A stretch of DNA of 64,000 bases from an uncultured bacterium. Lineage in GTDB: Bacteria; Krumholzibacteriota; Krumholzibacteriia; JACNKJ01. The translations under genes and the position numbers were made by a program. The stretch is from positions 1,728,001-1,792,000 of the forward strand of contig CAVOFT010000001.1 of NCBI GenBank assembly GCA_963695095.1. Direction: 5' to 3'. Shown here one piece after another: positions 1 to 9,616 of this stretch. Position 1 is the first letter of the stretch, and each line of letters opens with the position of its first letter. The notes below the pieces were generated by a model that did not search any database, had not been told where the DNA came from, and worked only from the letters and a program-made list of their open reading frames with translations.

Positions 1-720
1 CTCAATCTCTACCGCGGCAATCTCACCCAGGAGTGGGCCTACGATTTTCCCAATGCCGTCAGTGGCGATTCCGACCTCGGCTATCAGGATCGCAAGGTGC
101 GCCGCCAGGCGAGCTGGTCCGGCACCGGCCTGGTCTGCGGCCTGCAGGCCCGGCCCCTGGGCCCGGCCACGGTGTTCTCGCTGCGCTGGGACAGCGGCGC
201 CGACCTCAACGGCGATTCCCAGATCGAGACAGCCGGCGAGGCCGATCTCGAGTCGATGCAGCTCGACGGTCGCATGCCGGCCCGCTGGGCGCTCGGCGCG
301 GCGCAGCGCCTGCCGCGCGGCGCCATCGTCTCCCTGCAGTGGGAGCACGAGGCCTGGGCGAACTACGCGGCGCCGCTGGCCGTCCGCGACCTGGCCGATG
401 TCGATCGCCTCTCTCTGGGGCTCGAGTGGCTCTGGGGCGAGGCCGGTCGCGGAGCCCGCGCCCAGCGCCAGCTGCCCCTGCGGCTGGGGCTGCGCCGCGG
501 CAACTGGCCGGCGCCCGACCCGCTGACGGGCAGCGAGGTCGTCGAGACGACCTTCGCGCTCGGCAGCGGAGTGGATCTGCCGGCCGGGCGAGGCTCCCTC
601 GACCTCACGTTCTTCTGGCAGCAACTTGCCGTGGAGGGTGGCGAAGGCGAGCGCCGCTTCGGGTTCGCGCTCAGCCTGCGCACCACCGAGACCTGGTCGC
701 GGCGCACCCAGCCCTATTAG
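1..720 (+). CDS. Partial (5'-truncated) hypothetical protein, possibly an outer-membrane beta-barrel
   Basis: Frame is open from base 1 to TAG at 720 (track ORF 97..720). Alternating hydrophobic/polar strands (LSLGLEWLWG, LDLTFFWQQ, FGFALSLR); ends in an aromatic Tyr. Confidence 0.55.
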   Translation, partial: LNLYRGNLTQEWAYDFPNAVSGDSDLGYQDRKVRRQASWSGTGLVCGLQARPLGPATVFSLRWDSGADLNGDSQIETAGEADLESMQLDGRMPARWALGAAQRLPRGAIVSLQWEHEAWANYAAPLAVRDLADVDRLSLGLEWLWGEAGRGARAQRQLPLRLGLRRGNWPAPDPLTGSEVVETTFALGSGVDLPAGRGSLDLTFFWQQLAVEGGEGERRFGFALSLRTTETWSRRTQPY

Positions 721-769
721 GCGGGCGCCGCGACGACCGCCGGCTTCGCTCATGAGCCAAGGAGAGACC

Positions 770-1597
770 ATGAACCTGCGCAACCTGTTGCCCTCCGCTG
801 TCGGCGTGCTGGCGCTGGCCGTCTTCGCGCTGGCCGGCTGTCAGAGCGAGCTGGCTCAGTCGGATCTCGACGCCTTCGAGGCGCTGCCGCGCGCCGAGCG
901 GGTGCTGCGCCTGGAGCAAGAGCTGGCCAAGCACCCCGCCGATCCGCGCCTGCCGGGACTGCTGGCGAAGGCCCGCTACGAGGACTATGCCGAGCTGCCG
1001 CCTCTGGAGCGCATCGAGGCGATCAAGGCGGCGCTGCGCGCCGACCCCGAGAGCGCCATCATCTCCAAGATGCTGGGGGATGCCTACTACGACCACGCCG
1101 GCGGCGAGGGGGGCGCCAGCTACACGGATAGCGCGCTCTTTGCCTACGAGAACGCCGCGCTGAAGCAGCCCAGCTTCCTGGCCGCGGTGGGCAGCGTCGG
1201 CGCTCTCTACGACGAGAAGGAAGATTTCGAGCAGGCGATCGCCTGGTACGAGAAGGCGCTCGCCCTCTCGCCCGAGCACGTGCCGACCCTCTGCAACCTC
1301 GGCGCCGGCCACTACAACCGGGGCGAGTACGCCGTTGCCGTCGACTTCTACCGGCGGGCCCTCGCCCTCGATCCGCAGAGCCAGGATGCGCACTACAATC
1401 TCGGCGTCGCCTTCGCCGAGGCCACCATCTACCGGGAGGCGATCGTCGAGTGGCGGACGGTGGTGGCCATCGACAGCACGACCGCCGTGGCCAAGCAGGC
1501 GGCCAAGAACGCCACGCTGCTGCAAGAGGTCCTCGACGAAACCGTCTACAAGGGCGGCAGGAAGAGCCGCCGCATCAATCTCGGCGGCGACGAGTAG
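770..1597 (+). CDS. TPR-repeat lipoprotein
   Basis: GGAG RBS then ATG 770. Signal peptide with lipobox LAGC; TPR consensus repeats (AIAWYEKALALSP, NLGAGHYNRGEY, AHYNLGVAF). Confidence 0.85.
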   Translation: MNLRNLLPSAVGVLALAVFALAGCQSELAQSDLDAFEALPRAERVLRLEQELAKHPADPRLPGLLAKARYEDYAELPPLERIEAIKAALRADPESAIISKMLGDAYYDHAGGEGGASYTDSALFAYENAALKQPSFLAAVGSVGALYDEKEDFEQAIAWYEKALALSPEHVPTLCNLGAGHYNRGEYAVAVDFYRRALALDPQSQDAHYNLGVAFAEATIYREAIVEWRTVVAIDSTTAVAKQAAKNATLLQEVLDETVYKGGRKSRRINLGGDE

Positions 1598-1651
1598 GCC
1601 GGGTGGACCCGCTGTCCGCCGCGGCTCGGCAACTGTCCTTCAGGAGGAACC

Positions 1652-2716
1652 ATGAAGCGAATCGTTCATGTGCTGGGCACGGGCACCATCGGGGAGCCTC
1701 TGATCGGCCTGCTGGTGGAACACAAGCGCGAGCTGGGCTTCGACGATGTGACCTTCCACAAGCGCACGCCGACGGCCCTGGATCAGCCGAAGATCAAGGA
1801 CCTCATTCGCCGCGGCGCCGCGCTCTGCGCCGATGACGACGCGCGCGCCGGATTCGCGGCCATGGACCTGGAAGTCAGCCACAGCGCCGAATCGGCGATC
1901 GAGCGCGCCCAGGTGATCATCGACTGCACTCCCTCCGGCAACGCGATGAAGGAGAGCGTCTACAATCGCTTCGACGACGGCCGGCGGCTCTTCATCGCCC
2001 AGGGCAGCGAGTTCGGCTTCGGCAAGCCCTACGCCCGCGGCATCAACGACGACACGCTCGTGCACGGCCAGGATCACTTCATCCAGGTCGTGAGCTGCAA
2101 CACGCACAACATCTCGGCGATCATCCAGAACGTGGCCCTGGAGCCGCACGGCGAGGACAATCTCGTGCGCGGCCGCTTCCTCTGCCTGCGCCGGGCGAAC
2201 GACATCAGCCAGGCCGGCAGCTTCATTCCCGCGCCCGAGGTGGGCAAGCACGGCGACCCGCGCTTCGGCACCCATCACGCCCGCGACGCCTACCACCTCT
2301 ACAAGACCAAGGGCCTGGAGCTGGACCTGTTCTCCAGCGCGATGAAGCTGAACACGCAGTACATGCACATCATCCACTTCGCCCTCAATCTGCGCCGGCC
2401 CACCGACAAGGAGACCGTGCTCGAGCAGATCCGCGGCAACGACCGCCTCTCGCGCACGAATCAGGCCAGCGCCGGCGTGGTCTTCTCCTTCGGCCGCGAC
2501 CACGGCCACTACGGGCGCATCCTCAACCAGACGGTCTTCGCCATGCAGAGCCTGCACGTGAGCGAGGACGGCAAGGAAGTGTCCGGCTACTGCTTCACGC
2601 CCCAGGACGGCAACAGCCTGCTCAGCAGCGCGGCGGCCGCCGTCTGGCACTTCTATCCGGAGGAGACGGCGCCCCGGCTGGAGTGCCTCAAGCGCTTCTT
2701 CTTCAGCGAGGTCTGA
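1652..2716 (+). CDS. Class II (archaeal-type) glyceraldehyde-3-phosphate dehydrogenase-like NAD(P)-dependent oxidoreductase
   Basis: AGGAGG RBS; Rossmann GTGTIG; IIDCTP, AQGSE, VVSCNT catalytic-Cys motif and RRAND, all resembling class II GAPDH. Confidence 0.7.
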   Translation: MKRIVHVLGTGTIGEPLIGLLVEHKRELGFDDVTFHKRTPTALDQPKIKDLIRRGAALCADDDARAGFAAMDLEVSHSAESAIERAQVIIDCTPSGNAMKESVYNRFDDGRRLFIAQGSEFGFGKPYARGINDDTLVHGQDHFIQVVSCNTHNISAIIQNVALEPHGEDNLVRGRFLCLRRANDISQAGSFIPAPEVGKHGDPRFGTHHARDAYHLYKTKGLELDLFSSAMKLNTQYMHIIHFALNLRRPTDKETVLEQIRGNDRLSRTNQASAGVVFSFGRDHGHYGRILNQTVFAMQSLHVSEDGKEVSGYCFTPQDGNSLLSSAAAAVWHFYPEETAPRLECLKRFFFSEV

Positions 2717-2721
2717 GTCGC

Positions 2722-3594
2722 TCAGCGCTCATCGGCGACCAGGCTGTCCAGGGGCAGCGGCGTGAAGAGGGCCCGCTCCCCGCGGGGGCCCTCCGTCCAG
2801 TCCAGGCGACCGCTGGGCTTCTCCCGCTCATGCTCGAAGTAGACGAACCAGTCCTCCTCGCGCTGGCGGGCGAGGAGGCGCTCCTTCGTGTCGAGGGTCA
2901 TGAGCGGGAAGAGATCGTAGCTCATGATCCAGGCCGGCGGCAGGTGGCTGCTGGTGGGGATGAGGTCGCCGGCGTAGAAGAGCCGCCGGCCGCCGGGCAG
3001 ATCGATGAGCAGGGACTGGTGATGGGCGGTGTGGCCCGGCGTCGGCAGCAGGGTCACGCCGGGCAGGATCTCCACTTCGCCCTCGATGAGCTCGAGCTGG
3101 CCGGCCTCGGCCACGGGCAGGAAGTTGCGCGCCAGGTAGCTCGCGCGGCTGAGCGCGTGGGGCTGGATCGCGTCCTCCCACTCGCCGCGCTGCACGAAAT
3201 AGCGCGCCCGGGGGAAGCTCGGCCGGGCGCGCCCCGCCGCGTCCAGGCGCGTGTTGCCGCCGCAGTGGTCGAAGTGCAGATGCGTGTTGACGACGTGCGT
3301 GACCTGCTCCGGGGCGACGCCGCAGGCGGCCAGGGCGCCGAAGAGGTCCGTCTCGCGCTCGATGGGGAACTGGGCCAGGAAGCGGGCGTCCTCCTTGTCG
3401 CCGAGACCGCTGTCGATGAGCAGCGTGAAGTCCGCGCCGCGCACCAGGAGGCAGTTGAGCCCGAGCAGGATGCGGTTCTCGCCGTCGGCGGGCTCGCGCT
3501 GCTCCCAGAGCACGCGGGGGACGACGCCGAACATGGCCCCGCCGTCCAGGCGGAAGCGGCCGTCGCTGACGGTATCGAGGCGAAGCGCGTGCAT
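2722..3594 (-). CDS. MBL-fold metallo-hydrolase (YtnP-like)
   Basis: FRLDGGAMFGVVP N-terminus, THLHFDHCGG metal motif, TPGHT, GDLIP, FEHE. Confidence 0.9.
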   Translation of the reverse strand: MHALRLDTVSDGRFRLDGGAMFGVVPRVLWEQREPADGENRILLGLNCLLVRGADFTLLIDSGLGDKEDARFLAQFPIERETDLFGALAACGVAPEQVTHVVNTHLHFDHCGGNTRLDAAGRARPSFPRARYFVQRGEWEDAIQPHALSRASYLARNFLPVAEAGQLELIEGEVEILPGVTLLPTPGHTAHHQSLLIDLPGGRRLFYAGDLIPTSSHLPPAWIMSYDLFPLMTLDTKERLLARQREEDWFVYFEHEREKPSGRLDWTEGPRGERALFTPLPLDSLVADER

Positions 3595-3701
3595 CGGGCT
3601 CCTTGCGCGGTGGGGGCTTGCGCATAGCTTACGCAGGCGGCCGGCGGACGCAAGCTCCCAGCCCGCTGGGCGCGGGACCCGGCGTCCCGAAAGGAGCGGC
3701 C

Positions 3702-4535
3702 ATGGCGAGCGAACCCTGGACGGCGAGCCTGCACGAGCGCCTGCTGGCCGGCCTGGCCCGCGTGGGCGACTACCAGCTGGCGCAGCTGGGCAACCTCGCG
3801 CCCGCCGGCCTGCGCGAGAAGAGCGGTGCCGGCGATCTCGTCACCGCCGTCGACATCGAGAGCGAGGCGCGCCTGGCCGAACTGCTCTCGTCGCTGCTGC
3901 CGGCGGCCGGTCTGCTCGGGGAGGAGGGCCTGCGCCAGGCGGCGGCGGGCGAGCTGGTCTGGCTCGTCGATCCCCTGGACGGCACCACCAATTTCGCGCA
4001 CGAGCATCCCTTCTTCTGCATCAGCGTGGCCCTCGTGGCCGGGCGCCGGCCGCTCCTGGGGGCCGTTCATGCGCCGCGCCTGGGCGAGACCTTTCACGGC
4101 TGGGGCGGGCGCGCCTGGCTGGGCGAACGGCTGCTGGCCGCGAGCGCGCGCCGGCTGCCGCGGGAAGCCCTGTTCGCCACCGGCTTCGCCGACCGCCGCC
4201 ACGCTGCGGGCGGTGAGAACCTGGGCAACCTGGAGCGCGTGCTCTGCGCAAGTCGGGGTTTGCGCCGGGCGGGCAGCGCCGCCCTCGACCTGGCCTACAC
4301 GGCGGCCGGCCGGCTCGACGGCTTCTGGGAGATGGGCCTCAATCCCTGGGATGTCGGCGCCGGCATCTACCTCGTCCGCGCCGCAGGGGGCCGCATCAGC
4401 GATTTTCACGGCGGCGACGATGCCCTGGCCGGCGATCACATCGTGGCCAGCAACGGCCATCTCCACGAGTGGCTGCTCGCTCAGCTCGCGCTGGCGCCCG
4501 TCTTCGACCGCGCGCCGGCGCCGCTGCTCGACTAG
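3702..4535 (+). CDS. suhB: Inositol monophosphatase family protein (SuhB-like)
   Basis: AAGGAG RBS; DLVT, GEE, WLVDPLDGTTNF, RRAGSAALDL, WDVGAG motifs. Confidence 0.85.
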   Translation: MASEPWTASLHERLLAGLARVGDYQLAQLGNLAPAGLREKSGAGDLVTAVDIESEARLAELLSSLLPAAGLLGEEGLRQAAAGELVWLVDPLDGTTNFAHEHPFFCISVALVAGRRPLLGAVHAPRLGETFHGWGGRAWLGERLLAASARRLPREALFATGFADRRHAAGGENLGNLERVLCASRGLRRAGSAALDLAYTAAGRLDGFWEMGLNPWDVGAGIYLVRAAGGRISDFHGGDDALAGDHIVASNGHLHEWLLAQLALAPVFDRAPAPLLD

Positions 4536-5233
4536 GGTCCGGGGGCCGCGGGGCAAGGGTCTGTCCCGGCCCCGCGCGCCCGCGGCCGGAGGGCGACCAG
4601 GCGCAGGGCCTGACGGCGAGCGCCGGCGGGGGCCCGCAGCGGCAGTTCCCGCAGCTCGAAGTCGACGGCGAGGCGCTCCAGGCAGGGCGCGGCGACGGCG
4701 CGACCCGGCTCGGCGATGAAGGCCTGGCCATCGGCGGCCAGCGCGGCGGCAAGGAAGCGCGCCAGGGGCTCGGCGAAGGTGCGTTCGTAGAGGATGTCGG
4801 CGGCGAGCAAGGTGGCGTAGCGGACGGGCGGCGCTTCGTTCCAGTCGAGCTGGCGCACGCGCCGCGGGTCGAGTCCATTCCGGGCCAGGTTCACTCGCGC
4901 CAGGGCGCAGGCGTCGGGGTCGCGATCGGCGAGCTCGAGGTCCCAGCCCAGGCGCAGGGCGACCAGGCCGACCAGCCCGAGGCCGCAGCCCAGCTCGAGG
5001 CTGGGCCCCGGCCGGCGGGGGCCCCGCCCGGCAAGGAGCCAGGCGGCCAGGGCCAGGCTGCTCGGCCACAGCTCGGCCCAGTAGGGGATGCGCGCTTCGG
5101 CGTCCGAAGCGGTCGGGTCCTGTCGCTCGAGCAGGGCATCCACCGAGGGCGGTCTGAGGAGGGTCATGGTGCCCGGCAATCCCGGCAGTCGCAGGCGCTC
5201 TTCATGGAGGGGCAAGTCGGAAATCGGCGGCAT
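4532..5233 (-). CDS. SAM-dependent methyltransferase (Methyltransf_16, protein-lysine methyltransferase-like)
   Basis: PYWAELWPSS, LELGCGLG, AADILYE motifs. Confidence 0.8.
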   Translation of the reverse strand: MPPISDLPLHEERLRLPGLPGTMTLLRPPSVDALLERQDPTASDAEARIPYWAELWPSSLALAAWLLAGRGPRRPGPSLELGCGLGLVGLVALRLGWDLELADRDPDACALARVNLARNGLDPRRVRQLDWNEAPPVRYATLLAADILYERTFAEPLARFLAAALAADGQAFIAEPGRAVAAPCLERLAVDFELRELPLRAPAGARRQALRLVALRPRARGAGTDPCPAAPGP

Positions 5234-5381
5234 CGGCGGAGCCGGCCTTTCATGGTAAGTGCTTTAGACACCTATCGTTTGCTATAACCCGAGGGCTGTG
5301 CTTAATTATGCGCGTCCCTGGCAGCCGGGGTCCCTGCGGGTGGCTCGGTGCCGACCCGCGATCCCCAACGAGGATGGCTCC

Positions 5382-7091
5382 ATGAACGAACGCCTGCGCC
5401 GCCTGCCCCTCATCAGAGCGCTCGGCTCCCTGCAGTTGATGATCGCCCTCACCCTGATCTTCGCGCTCGCCAGCGGTGTGGCCACCTTCATCGAGTCGGC
5501 CTCCGGGACGCCTGCGGCGCGGGGGCTGGTCTACGATGCGCTCTGGTTCGAGCTGACGATCGCGCTGCTGATCGTCAACCTGACCATCCTGCTCTTCACG
5601 CACGCGCCCTACCGGCCCAGCCAGTACGGGTTCTTCCTGGTCCACCTGTCCGTGATCGTCATCCTCATCAGCGCCGGCGTCACGCGCTACTTCGGCTACG
5701 AAGGCATGATGCACATCCGCGAGGGCCAGTCCAGCAGCAGCATCCAGTCCACGCGCGAGTACATCCAGGCGAGCCTGGGCGAGGAGACGGACGGCTTCCC
5801 GGTCCAGCTCTGGCGGGCCGGGCCGAGCCGCGCGGGCGGCAAGCTCCAGCTCGGCGATCAGAACTACCGCGTGCGCGTCGTGGAGTACTGGCCGCGCTTC
5901 GCCGAAGAACTGCAGCCCGCCGAAACGGGCGCGGCGGCCCTCGGCTTCGCCGTCGCCGGCGAGCAGGGCATGCAGCGCCAGCAGCTGCGCGCGGGCGAGA
6001 GCCTGCGCGCCGGCCAGGTGCAGCTGCACTTCCTGCCCGGGGATTTCCCCCCCGCGGGCGCCGCCTCTCCGCTGGGCAGTATCCGCGCGACGCTGAGCGG
6101 TCAGAGCGTCTCCCTGCCCGTCAGCCGCGATCCCGTCCAGAGCGCCGTGATCGCCGGCTTCACCCTGAGCATCAGCGAGTTCCACCCCGACTACGCGCGC
6201 CGCAGCGAGCGGCCCGAGCCGGAGAGCCTGAGCAACCCGATGGTGCGCGTGGCCATCGTGGGGCCGGACGGTAGCCGCGGGGAGCGGGTGCTCTTCGCCT
6301 TCTTCCCCGACTTCGGCATGGACCACGCCGGCACGGCGGCCTTCAGCGAACTGGGTCTGGTCTACGAGTACGGCCAGACGCTGGAGCTCTCGGCGGCCGG
6401 CGACGTCCTGCGCGCGCGGGCGAGCTTCCCGCTCGAGGTCGTGAACATGGCGAGCGGCGCCACGGATCTCGTGCGGCCTGCGGCCGAGATCTTCTCGCCC
6501 ACGCTGATGACCCTGCATCGCGCCGGCGGCTTCTCCTTCGTGCCCACCCTGTTCATGCCGCATGCGAGCTGGCAGCCCACGCTGAGCGCGGACGAGCACG
6601 CGCCGGCCGCCGTCCGCCTGCGCGTGGCAGCTGCCGGTGGCGCGGAGGCGGAGACGATCGTCCGCGAAGGCGAGCCCGCGGCGCTCGAGCTGAGCGGGCG
6701 CGAGCTCAGCTTCAGCTACGGGCCCAAGCGCATCGAGGTGCCCTACCGCCTCCAGCTCGACGACTTCCTGCTGATCACCTATCCGGGCAGCAGCAACCCC
6801 GCCAGCTACGAGAGCCACGTGCAGCTCTTCGACGAGGCGGCCGGCATCGCCGGCCGGCCCGTGCGCATCTACATGAACCATCCGCTCACCTACCGCGGCT
6901 ACAAGCACTTCCAGTCCTCCTACGACCAGGACCACCGCGGCACCGTGCTCTCCGTCAACCATGATCCGGGCAAGTGGCCCACCTACATCGGCTACATGAT
7001 GATCGGCCTGGGCTTCCTGTTGATCCTGTTCAAGGGACTGCTGGGCCGCTTCGAGTCGCCCCGCCCCACAGCCATGAAGGAGATCCGATGA
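5382..7091 (+). CDS. ccsB: Cytochrome c biogenesis protein, ResB/CcsB-like (N-terminal half of NrfI/CcsBA type)
   Basis: Three N-terminal TM helices with ATFIES and a conserved His (VHLS); large periplasmic domain with YPGSSNPASYES, IYMNHPL, QSSYD and VNHDPG, then a C-terminal TM. Confidence 0.85.
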   Translation: MNERLRRLPLIRALGSLQLMIALTLIFALASGVATFIESASGTPAARGLVYDALWFELTIALLIVNLTILLFTHAPYRPSQYGFFLVHLSVIVILISAGVTRYFGYEGMMHIREGQSSSSIQSTREYIQASLGEETDGFPVQLWRAGPSRAGGKLQLGDQNYRVRVVEYWPRFAEELQPAETGAAALGFAVAGEQGMQRQQLRAGESLRAGQVQLHFLPGDFPPAGAASPLGSIRATLSGQSVSLPVSRDPVQSAVIAGFTLSISEFHPDYARRSERPEPESLSNPMVRVAIVGPDGSRGERVLFAFFPDFGMDHAGTAAFSELGLVYEYGQTLELSAAGDVLRARASFPLEVVNMASGATDLVRPAAEIFSPTLMTLHRAGGFSFVPTLFMPHASWQPTLSADEHAPAAVRLRVAAAGGAEAETIVREGEPAALELSGRELSFSYGPKRIEVPYRLQLDDFLLITYPGSSNPASYESHVQLFDEAAGIAGRPVRIYMNHPLTYRGYKHFQSSYDQDHRGTVLSVNHDPGKWPTYIGYMMIGLGFLLILFKGLLGRFESPRPTAMKEIR

Positions 7092-8947
7092 TCGCCCGCC
7101 GCCCCGCGCGCCTCGCGCTCGCCGCGGTCCTGGCGCTGCTGCTCGGCCAGCTCGCCGGGCCCGGCCGCCTGGCCGCCCAGTATGGTGGGGAGGAGGAGGG
7201 GAGCGCGACCGCGCCCGCCCAGGCCGAAAGCATGGGCGGTGCCGAGGCCGCCGACCCGCATGCTGGCCACGTGCACACGCCCGCGCCGCCGGCCGCGCCG
7301 ACGAAGAACTTCCTCTCGCCGGAGAGCCGCGCGGCCCTGCGCCGGCTCAGCGTCCAGGATTTCCAGGGGCGCATGAAGCCGCTGGACACGCTGAGCCGCG
7401 AGATGGTGATGAAGATCACCAAGCGCTCGCACTTCGACGGCTGGGAGCCCGTGGACCTCTACCTGAGCTGGATGCTCTCGCCGCGTTACTGGTTCGACAA
7501 GCCGGTGGTCGCTGTCCGCTTCCCGGGCCTGAAGGACCGCCTCGGCGTCGATGCCGCGACGCGGGCCGTCAGCGCGGCCAGCCTGCTGGACGCCTCGGGC
7601 CAGTATCTGCTCAGCGAGGATGTCGAAAGCGCCCTGCGCACCGCCGATCGCGAGCGCAGCAAGCTGCAGCGGCAGCTGCTCACCTTCGACGAGCGCGTCA
7701 ACCTGCTCTTCATGAACTTCCAGCGCAGCACCTTGCGCATCTATCCGGTTCCGGAAGACGCGAACCACACCTGGCTGGCCATGGACCGCCTCAGCCAGCA
7801 GCTGCGCGGAGATGCGCGCTTCGAGGAGTTCCGCCGGGCCGACCAGGCGCTGTTCTCGGCGCTCGCCGCCGGCGACGACGGCGAGATCCGGGCAGCGGCG
7901 GCCATCGTCCGCGCCCTGCAGGACAAGTACGGCGCCGCCGTCGAGGTGAAGGACCAGGCGCTGGCCGCCGAGCTCTTCCTCAATGACCGGCAGCCCTTCG
8001 TGCGGGTGATTCCCGTCTACTTCCTGGCCTGGGCCCTGCTGCTCGCGGCCTACATCCTCAGCCTGGCGCGCCGCCGCGGCGAGGGCTTTCGCCTGCGCCA
8101 CCCCCTCTACCTGATCGGGTCCCTCGCCTACTGGCTCGCCCTGCTCGCCCACGTGACTGCCTTCGTGTTGCGCTGGATCGCCTCGGGGCGGGCGCCCCTG
8201 TCCAACGGTTACGAGTCGCTGATCTGGATCAGCCTGATGGTGGGTATCGCCGGCTTCCTCTTCGAGCTCAAGGACCGCCACGCCCTGATCGCCAGCCTGG
8301 GCGCCCTGCTCACCGCGGTGGTGCTCTCGGTCTCGCTGCTGTCCACCTTCGACCCGGCAATCGGGCCGCTGGTGCCGGTGCTCGCAAGCTACTGGCTGAA
8401 CATCCACGTCACCATCATCACGAGCAGCTACGGCTTCCTCGGGCTTTCCGCCCTGGTCGCCATGAGCATCCTCGTGCTCTATCTCTTCAAGGCGCCCGGC
8501 CGCACGACCGTGCAGGGCGCCATCCAGCGGCTGCATACGATGCACTGGTACGTGATGGTGAGCGGCCTGGGCCTGCTCAGCGTGGGCACCTTGCTGGGCG
8601 GCGTCTGGGCCAACGAATCCTGGGGCCGCTACTGGGGCTGGGACGCCAAGGAGACCTGGAGCCTGGTCACGATCCTCGTCTACGCGGCGGTCACGCACAT
8701 GCGCTTCATCCGCAGCGTGAGCGGGCCCTGGCCTGTGGCGACAGCGAGCTTCCTGTCCATCGCCTCGGTGATCATGACCTACTTCGGCGTGAACTACTTC
8801 CTGACCGGCCTGCACTCCTACGCTGCGGGGGCTCCGGTCCAGCTACCCAGCTGGGTTTACGTCGCCGTCGCCCTCGCCTTGCTGCTCATCCTCGCCTCCT
8901 GGGCCGTGGATCGCCGCCGCGATTGGGGGCAGGGGAAGCCCGCGTGA
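7088..8947 (+). CDS. ccsA: Cytochrome c biogenesis protein CcsA/ResC (WWD domain) with an N-terminal periplasmic extension
   Basis: ATGA overlap with ccsB; GRMKPLDT, APLSNGYES, LNIHV, WANESWGRYWGWDAKETW, GLHSYA. Confidence 0.9.
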   Translation: MIARRPARLALAAVLALLLGQLAGPGRLAAQYGGEEEGSATAPAQAESMGGAEAADPHAGHVHTPAPPAAPTKNFLSPESRAALRRLSVQDFQGRMKPLDTLSREMVMKITKRSHFDGWEPVDLYLSWMLSPRYWFDKPVVAVRFPGLKDRLGVDAATRAVSAASLLDASGQYLLSEDVESALRTADRERSKLQRQLLTFDERVNLLFMNFQRSTLRIYPVPEDANHTWLAMDRLSQQLRGDARFEEFRRADQALFSALAAGDDGEIRAAAAIVRALQDKYGAAVEVKDQALAAELFLNDRQPFVRVIPVYFLAWALLLAAYILSLARRRGEGFRLRHPLYLIGSLAYWLALLAHVTAFVLRWIASGRAPLSNGYESLIWISLMVGIAGFLFELKDRHALIASLGALLTAVVLSVSLLSTFDPAIGPLVPVLASYWLNIHVTIITSSYGFLGLSALVAMSILVLYLFKAPGRTTVQGAIQRLHTMHWYVMVSGLGLLSVGTLLGGVWANESWGRYWGWDAKETWSLVTILVYAAVTHMRFIRSVSGPWPVATASFLSIASVIMTYFGVNYFLTGLHSYAAGAPVQLPSWVYVAVALALLLILASWAVDRRRDWGQGKPA

Positions 8948-9201
8948 GCGAGCGGCTGCGCATCACCGTCAAGCTCTTCGGTGCCTACCGCGACGCGGTG
9001 GGCGCCGAGTGCCTTGCGCGGGAAGTGAGCGCCGGCAGCACGCTGGAGGACGCCTGGCAGGCGCTCTGCGCTGACTGGCCCGATCTGGCGCCCCTGGCCG
9101 GCGCCCGCCTGGCCGCGATCAATCTCGACTACGCAGAGGGGAAGGCGCGGCTCGCCGATGGCGACGAGCTGGCCTTCTTCCCGCCGGTCTCGGGAGGCTG
9201 A
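8944..9201 (+). CDS. moaD: Molybdopterin synthase sulfur carrier subunit
   Basis: GTGA overlap with ccsA; ubiquitin-like, ends DGDELAFFPPVSGG. Confidence 0.9.
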   Translation: MSERLRITVKLFGAYRDAVGAECLAREVSAGSTLEDAWQALCADWPDLAPLAGARLAAINLDYAEGKARLADGDELAFFPPVSGG

Positions 9202-9202
9202 G

Positions 9203-9616
9203 GTGACGGAGGCCCCGCACTTTCTGATCACCAGCGAGCCCCTCGCGCTCGAACCGTTGCTGGCCGCCGTGGCCGCCCCTGAGCACGGCGCCGTCGTCGG
9301 CTTCCTCGGCGTCGTGCGCGCCGAGTCGGGGCTCGGCGCCCTCGACTACGAAGCCTATCCGGAGATGGCCGAGCGCAGCATGGCCGCGATCGCCGCCGAA
9401 CTGGCCGAGCGCCACGGGCCGCTGGCCCTGGCTGCTCATCACCGCGTCGGCCGCCTGGGCGTAGGGGAGATCTCCTTCGCCCTGGCCGTCGGCGCCGCCC
9501 ACCGGCGCGAGGCCTTCCTCGCCGCCGCCGCCTTCGTGGACCGACTCAAGGAGATCGTCCCCGTCTGGAAGACGGATCTCCCCGAGATCGCCGTGGACGA
9601 GGAGGAGCGAAGATGA
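9203..9616 (+). CDS. moaE: Molybdopterin synthase catalytic subunit
   Basis: GAVVGFLGVVR, LDYEAYPEMA, HRVGRL, HRREAF, LKEIVPVWK. Confidence 0.9.
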   Translation: MTEAPHFLITSEPLALEPLLAAVAAPEHGAVVGFLGVVRAESGLGALDYEAYPEMAERSMAAIAAELAERHGPLALAAHHRVGRLGVGEISFALAVGAAHRREAFLAAAAFVDRLKEIVPVWKTDLPEIAVDEEERR

